DNA from: an uncultured bacterium
GTDB taxonomy: Bacteria > Auribacterota > Erginobacteria > Erginobacterales > Erginobacteraceae
Reading direction: 5' to 3'
Assembly: GCA_963822585.1 (NCBI GenBank)
Contig: CAWGIE010000036.1
Coordinates: 192,001-256,000 of the forward strand
DNA: 64,000 nt
A model generated the notes under the pieces. It made no database searches. It saw nothing but the letters and a program-made list of their open reading frames with translations, and was not told the origin of the DNA. Positions 58,927-64,000 of the stretch are shown piece after piece. How positions within the stretch are numbered: the first letter of the stretch is position 1; every line of letters begins with the position of its first letter. Made by a program: the position numbers and the translations under genes.

Positions 58927-59009
58927 TAATCGGGGCTCCGGCCCGAAGTTTCAATCGGGATACAATCGGGGGCGCTGCTTATTACTGACCCCGATTGTAT
59001 CCATCGGGG
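58927..59009. repeat. CCCCGATT/AATCGGGG REP-like cluster
   Basis: taatcgggg, caatcggga, caatcggggg, accccgattgtatccatcgggg. Confidence 0.6.
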
Positions 59010-59099
59010 CAGAAATAATACATTTGCTTCGTCACAAAATCAACTGTACAATATTCCATTGCTTAGGGTTTTTCCGTTCCAATTTCAGGGAGAAAAATC

Positions 59100-59477
59100 A
59101 TGACGCATATGGATACCGAGACACTACAACAGGAACTGGAGCAGTTCCGCAAGGAGAAAGAAAAGATCCGCCAGCTGGTGGGGATGATCGGGGGGAAGAA
59201 CCTCGCCCAGCGGGATCGGATCATCAATATCGCCTTCATCGTCCTGATCTCCGTCGTCTTCCTGCTCGACATTATCAGGCACCTGGCGGCCGTCCCCATT
59301 CCCCTCCCCCCCCTGCTCCTGGTCGATCTGGGGGTGCTTCTGATCTCCATTAAAATAATCTGGATGATTCACAAGCAGAGCAAGGTAGAGCATTTCCAAT
59401 TTTGGATCCTATCGGCGATGGAGTGGAGGCTGAACGAGATCATTAAGGAAATCAAGGAACTGCATAAAAAACAGTGA
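59100..59477 (+). CDS. Conserved hypothetical two-TM membrane protein
   Basis: GGAG RBS; ELEQFRKEKEKIR..IGG, two TM helices, HFQFWIL..EWRLN. Confidence 0.8.
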   Translation: MTHMDTETLQQELEQFRKEKEKIRQLVGMIGGKNLAQRDRIINIAFIVLISVVFLLDIIRHLAAVPIPLPPLLLVDLGVLLISIKIIWMIHKQSKVEHFQFWILSAMEWRLNEIIKEIKELHKKQ

Positions 59478-59543
59478 GGGATGCCAAAATCCGTATGGCT
59501 GGTAGTGCCTGCAAATATCCTACAGTCAGCTCGTGTAGCCAAA

Positions 59544-59644
59544 AGGAGTGATGGAGTATTGGAGTGATGGAGTGCTGGCGACTCGATGCCCGGGAGAGAG
59601 CCGGGTTTCCATTACTCCACCATTCCATCACTCCAGTACTCCCT
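59544..59644. repeat. Inverted-arm element, 8-mer family, copy 5
   Basis: aggagtgatggagtattggagtgatggagtgctgg ... ccattactccaccattccatcactccagtactccct. Confidence 0.85.
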
Positions 59645-59678
59645 GCCTCTCCCTGTTTTATTACACCTTATCCCTGAA

Positions 59679-60524
59679 TCATTGCCGATACTTTTCCGGT
59701 AGAGCTAAGTACCTCCTTCCTTCCTCCTCCCTCCCCCGCTTGAGGCAGCCTTCCCCGTAGATCCGGCATTTGATGTGAAGCTCGGAGACCGCTAGAGCCC
59801 TCTGTGCTCCCGAGAGGTCCTCGCGCTGAAGGAGATTGACGATCGAACGGATCCGGAAACGGTCCATCCCCACCCGGTAGATGACCGAGACCTGATCGGC
59901 CCTCCCCCCTTCCTTGAATGTCAGGGGATTGTCAACCAAAAGGAAGGGGTGCCGGACCGACGCCCGGAGCCAGAAATCGTAATCCTCGCAGCAGGGAAGA
60001 GTTTCGTCAAAGAAACCGATCCGATCGAACAGCTTCCTCCGGGCGATCACGGTGGACATGCTTACCATGCACATTTTTAGAGAGCGGGCAAATATGTCCC
60101 CGTGCAGCTTTTCGTGTTTTTTCTTCTGAGGGAAAACAGACCCCTGTTTATACCAGACCTCCCTGGTGTGGGAGATCAGATAACCGGGTTCGCGGTCCAT
60201 CGCCGCGACCTGACGTGACAGTTTATCTTTGTGCCAACGATCATCGGAATCAAGAAACGCGATCAGATCCGCGCGGCCGGACCGGATCCCCCGATTTCGG
60301 GCGGCGGAAGGTCCCCGGTTTTCCTGGCGGATACAGGTGATGGAGGAAGCGAATTCCCTTAACAGAGCGCCGGTATCATCCGTGGAGCCGTCATCGATCA
60401 CGATCAGTCTGAAGTCACGGAATGTCTGGGAGAGAACGGATTCAATGGCCATCCGGAGAAAGCCACCCCGGTTGTAGACGGGAATAATAACATCTATCTT
60501 GTTATTGGCGTCCACGATGTTCAA
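59679..60524 (-). CDS. Family 2 glycosyltransferase
   Basis: VIIPVYNR, IDDGSTD, AARNRG, FLDSDD, EDYDFWLR. Confidence 0.93.
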   Translation of the reverse strand: MNIVDANNKIDVIIPVYNRGGFLRMAIESVLSQTFRDFRLIVIDDGSTDDTGALLREFASSITCIRQENRGPSAARNRGIRSGRADLIAFLDSDDRWHKDKLSRQVAAMDREPGYLISHTREVWYKQGSVFPQKKKHEKLHGDIFARSLKMCMVSMSTVIARRKLFDRIGFFDETLPCCEDYDFWLRASVRHPFLLVDNPLTFKEGGRADQVSVIYRVGMDRFRIRSIVNLLQREDLSGAQRALAVSELHIKCRIYGEGCLKRGREEEGRRYLALPEKYRQ

Positions 60525-60749
60525 TAGATTGAATTTTACAGATAATCATGTTATCTATATTATAAATTACCTTCCATTTTCAAAACAAGTTTTACCCCTT
60601 TTGGCAGCCGCACTCTTTAGGGTGCGCAATAAACCGCTTCGCTTGATCGTAGATTTTTTATCTTCGCGGAGATGAGCGGGATTCGCGGTTCAAAGTTGCT
60701 TTGCTGGTTCAATGTAAGGGCATCGTATCGTTCCAGGGAGGACACCGGA

Positions 60750-62213
60750 TTGAAAAGGAAGCCGATCATTCTCAGCATCGATGACGACCGGGAAGGGCTT
60801 GATCTCCTGATGACCCTGCTCCCGCCGGAAGAGTATGAACATGCGGGTGCCGAAAACGGCCGGGACGGCATTGAGAAAGCCCGGGCACTGAAACCAGACC
60901 TGATCCTGCTCGACGTCCGGCTCCCGGATATCGACGGTTTTGAAGTTTGCCGACGGCTCCGGGGCGAGACGGGGCTGGCTGAAATTCCTATTATAATGAT
61001 CACGGCGCTCGGCGAACACGAGGCGCGGTTGCGGGGGATTGAGTCCGGGGCGGACGACTTCATTACTAAGCCGTTTGATCGGACGGAATTGATAGCCCGG
61101 ATCCGCACCATCACCCGGCTCCATCGGTATCGAACCCTTCTGGCCGAACGGGAACGATTCCAGTGGGTGATGGACCAATCCGAAGATGGTTTCCTGATCC
61201 TGAATGAAAACGACGAGATACTCCGTGCCAACCCTCAGGCGCGGCTGTTCCTCAGTTTACCCCCCACCGCCGCCTTCCCCGGGAAGACCTTGTTTCTGGA
61301 GGCGGTAAAAAGAGAATATCGTTTTGAACCCGCGGCCGCCTGGAAGGGCTGGCCTCATTCAGCCGGTGACCCGATCCCCGGGCGATATCTGATCCGTCCC
61401 CAGACGGCCGTATCCCGGGCCTTCTGGCTGGAGGTGATAACACTGAGACAGTTGACCGGCGAAACAAGCAACCTGATCATCAGGCTTCGGGACGTCACCG
61501 AGCAGAAAAAAAGCCTGGGCCGGATTCGCTCCTTTGAAGCGTCAATCTCGCAGAAGTTCCGGAACCGGCTGCTGGGGACGGTCAGCCTCATCAAGACCCT
61601 GGCCAGAAAAGATATTGCACTCGATCAAACGGAATTCAGGGAATTGTTCGCCGATATCGTGGAAAACGCTAAAATCCTGGAAAGCGACCTGACCGGCATC
61701 CTGCGATATCTGGAATCCCCCGGATTGCTTTATTCCGACGCCGGGTTTTCCTTTCGGGAGCTGAAGCCGGTCCTGGAGCAGATCAGCGAGGGGCTGGGGA
61801 TCAGCGTCCCGGAGATATCGGGGGGCGCGGATCTGGAGGAAATTCAGACCACGATCTCGGATTTGGCGATGGAATCCATCCTGGGAGAACTCCTGCAGAA
61901 CGCGAAAAAATTTCATCCGGCAAAACTCCCGGAAATTTCAATTGCCCTCGACCGGCCCAAGAAAGATCTCGTCAGAATGAAGATCATGGATAACGGGCTC
62001 ACCCTCTCCCCGGAACAACTCAGCCGGGTCTGGCTCCCTTACTATCAGGGGGACGATTTTCTTTCCGGTGGTATCGAGGGGATGGGATTGGGGCTCCCCA
62101 TGATCGCGTCTTTCATCTGGCACTGGGGGGGTAGCTGCCGGCTTTATAATCACGATGACGGGCCCGGGGTGGTGGTAGAACTCCTCCTGCCCGTGAATAA
62201 TAAAGGTTCTTAG
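60750..62213 (+). CDS. Cytoplasmic REC-PAS-HATPase hybrid kinase-like protein lacking the H-box His
   Basis: TTG start after GGAGG; IDDD...LLDVRLP...ITKPF receiver; PAS-like region; SISQKFRNRL; ELLQNAKKF, DNG, GMGLGL. Confidence 0.85.
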   Translation: MKRKPIILSIDDDREGLDLLMTLLPPEEYEHAGAENGRDGIEKARALKPDLILLDVRLPDIDGFEVCRRLRGETGLAEIPIIMITALGEHEARLRGIESGADDFITKPFDRTELIARIRTITRLHRYRTLLAERERFQWVMDQSEDGFLILNENDEILRANPQARLFLSLPPTAAFPGKTLFLEAVKREYRFEPAAAWKGWPHSAGDPIPGRYLIRPQTAVSRAFWLEVITLRQLTGETSNLIIRLRDVTEQKKSLGRIRSFEASISQKFRNRLLGTVSLIKTLARKDIALDQTEFRELFADIVENAKILESDLTGILRYLESPGLLYSDAGFSFRELKPVLEQISEGLGISVPEISGGADLEEIQTTISDLAMESILGELLQNAKKFHPAKLPEISIALDRPKKDLVRMKIMDNGLTLSPEQLSRVWLPYYQGDDFLSGGIEGMGLGLPMIASFIWHWGGSCRLYNHDDGPGVVVELLLPVNNKGS

Positions 62214-62269
62214 TCATATTGTGTGGGTAAAAGTTACTTATGGGCATTACCTCTATCCAATATGACTAA
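62210..62269. repeat. 60-bp hairpin with perfect 12-bp terminal inverted repeats
   Basis: ttagtcatattg ... caatatgactaa; includes the kinase stop codon. Confidence 0.7.
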
Positions 62270-62520
62270 ATCACAAATTCCAAATCACAAATAACAAATA
62301 AATCACAAATTCCAAATCACAAATCACAAATCCGCCGGGCGAAGTCCGGGATCGCAAAAGCATCCCACCAAATGACATAGGCTTTGCAATAGGATTGAGA
62401 GTAACTCCCTCTATTTTGGTGATTTGTTTGGAATTTTGGTCATTGTTATTTGGAGTTTGTTTGTTATTTTCAGCCGGAGGCTGATCAGCCTTTGGCTGAG
62501 GTGCTTGGGATTTGGGATTT
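62268..62520. repeat. Inverted-arm element, 7-mer AAAT(C/A)AC family, with nested hairpin
   Basis: aaatcacaaattccaaatcacaaataacaaataaatcacaaattccaaatcacaaatcacaaatcc ... tttgtttggaattttggtcattgttatttggagtttgtttgttatt[ttcagccggaggctgatcagcctttggctgag]gtgcttgggatttgggattt. Confidence 0.88.
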
Positions 62521-62563
62521 CTTGTTAGTATTAATTCGTATAATCCATGGATTCAATTCACAG

Positions 62564-63937
62564 TTAAAAGGGAAAGTTGAGTTGTAACTCCTTCCACATG
62601 GCCTTATTCTCCATGCAGAGATAGATCGGGAGAGAACGGTTTTCCTTCAGCAGTTCATCGATCAGAAAGCGGTATATCCGGGAACGAACCCGGGGCGGAT
62701 AACGAAGCTTGCCGTCGTATCCCAACACCATCTCGGCGTCGAGGATCTTGTTTCCCGGGAAACGAGCTTCAATTATCTTCTTTAACCGAGGCTTGAACCG
62801 GAAGGTCCCCAGGCTGATCCAGGCGACCCGGCCGGGGTCGATCGTCTCGAACAGTTCCCCGATAACGTCCCGGTAAGATTCCTCCCAGCCGGGGAAGAAA
62901 AAAACCGGGTCGAAGTGGAAAGCCGTCCGGTAGCCGGCTTCCGAAACCAGGGAGGCGGCGGACAACCGTGCATCCAGAGCAGCGGTATAGAGTTCGTTTT
63001 GGGAGATGATCTCCCGGGGATTCAATGACCAGGCGACAACGATATTTCCCCGCGGGTCCTTTTTGAGCAGATTTTCTATATTCGCGCTCTTGGTCTTGAG
63101 CTCGAATACCACGTCATCGCGTCCTCTGAAAAACTCCACCAGCGGAAGAGAGTACCCGGTTAGATTGTCCAGCATCAATGAATCGGAAAATTCTCCCGTC
63201 CCCAGCCGCAGCCGCCGGCCTCTCTGCCAGAGGCGGGTGGCGGGATGAATCAGATAGTCGGATAACCGTTCCAGGAAACGGTCGATATCGGCGGGGAAGA
63301 GCAGTCCGGGGGTGTTGACATATTCCTGGAGATAACAGTAAGCGCACTCATAGATACAACCGAAGCTCAGATTGAAGATGTGATACCCGCAGGGAACCGC
63401 CTGCCGGGTACAGGGACAGCGCTTGAAAAAATCCCGTTCTTCGTCGATGACAAAAACCGTCTCCGAACGCCGATTGTAATCGACGATTCTTCCGCCGGGA
63501 TACTCTCCCATAAAGGCTCTCAGGCTCGGAATCTCCGCGTAGGCGGCGGACGGGAATGACTCTTTGAAGACGGCGGCCAGCCGGGACTGCGAGACGGCCT
63601 TCTCGACGAATATCCTCCGGGGGGCGAAAGGAACCGGGCGCTCCTGCCGGCAATCCTCTTCTTCCAGTTCCAGTGCGGGCAAATAAAAGCGATCGGGAAC
63701 TCGTTCGTGGTCCAGGGAGGGGAAGCGGCGCTTGAGGAGATACGCCTTCAGTTCCCCGAAAGCCGCGGGCGGTTCGGGAGAGACAACCTCCCCCGGATCG
63801 ATGCCGTCCCGTTTGGAGATCTCATAGATCAGCCGGACGATCTCCCGCTCTTTGTTGACGCCGAAACGAGGATACTTCTCCCGGACCAGTTTCCGGGCCC
63901 GGCTCAGTCTCTCAGCTTCTCTTTGATAAACCCGCAT
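62564..63937 (-). CDS. Spore photoproduct lyase-like radical SAM protein with N-terminal extension
   Basis: CPCT, GCIYECAYCYLQ, RLGTGEFSDSL, ELKTKS, WSLNP, FHFDP, ISLGTFRF, DGKLRY, YLCME. Confidence 0.85.
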   Translation of the reverse strand: MRVYQREAERLSRARKLVREKYPRFGVNKEREIVRLIYEISKRDGIDPGEVVSPEPPAAFGELKAYLLKRRFPSLDHERVPDRFYLPALELEEEDCRQERPVPFAPRRIFVEKAVSQSRLAAVFKESFPSAAYAEIPSLRAFMGEYPGGRIVDYNRRSETVFVIDEERDFFKRCPCTRQAVPCGYHIFNLSFGCIYECAYCYLQEYVNTPGLLFPADIDRFLERLSDYLIHPATRLWQRGRRLRLGTGEFSDSLMLDNLTGYSLPLVEFFRGRDDVVFELKTKSANIENLLKKDPRGNIVVAWSLNPREIISQNELYTAALDARLSAASLVSEAGYRTAFHFDPVFFFPGWEESYRDVIGELFETIDPGRVAWISLGTFRFKPRLKKIIEARFPGNKILDAEMVLGYDGKLRYPPRVRSRIYRFLIDELLKENRSLPIYLCMENKAMWKELQLNFPF

Positions 63938-64000
63938 AGCAGCCGGGACGCCCTGACGAACGCCTTCCCCAGGATAGCTGTTTCTCTGATGCCCAATCGC

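Noticed and set aside
1701..62520. CRISPR array interpretation of the intergenic repeats
   Set aside because: Units are 7-10 nt, degenerate, contiguous and lack unique 30-40 nt spacers; no cas genes are present.
1..64000. tRNA/rRNA genes, transposases, integrases, prophage genes
   Set aside because: None recognised by eye; a tRNAscan/Infernal/ISEScan run would be needed to exclude them formally.

Overview
This is a GC-rich chromosomal window from an anaerobic bacterium, almost certainly of the PVC superphylum. It carries the 51-aa PVC signature small basic protein at 31755-31910, which the ORF track missed. Contents: (i) 1-21.8 kb is a W/Mo-enzyme island with two tungsten aldehyde:ferredoxin oxidoreductases, an Fe-S subunit, three MoaD/ThiS carriers, two xanthine-dehydrogenase-family three-subunit sets (one Mo subunit broken by two +1 frameshifts), a fused PreT-PreA dihydropyrimidine-dehydrogenase-like protein, MoeA, and a divergent Moco/Tuco-riboswitch-led unit (DUF2490-like beta-barrel, WtpA, MOSC protein). 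(ii) An rnfCDGEAB operon is extended by folE and a PduS-like RnfC paralogue. (iii) Housekeeping genes and an ECF sigma/anti-sigma set. (iv) At 39.5-47.2 kb is an uncharacterised secreted-protein operon (TSP3 Ca-binding protein, three paralogous coiled-coil proteins, tandem OB-fold protein) with an OmpR/PhoB-type box, directly downstream of a two-component system. (v) nrnA, glgP, a beta-helix/6-repeat surface protein, xdhC, an aminotransferase, mazEF, dpaL, a GT2, a His-less hybrid kinase and an SPL-like radical SAM enzyme. The most striking non-coding signal is that most gene junctions hold palindromic elements whose arms are degenerate 7-, 8-, 9- or 10-nt tandem repeats. One still encloses a four-helix-bundle gene remnant, and several REP-like hairpins are nested inside the arms. 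No rRNA, tRNA, CRISPR or intact transposase was recognised. All calls are by-eye motif recognition; no database searches were run.
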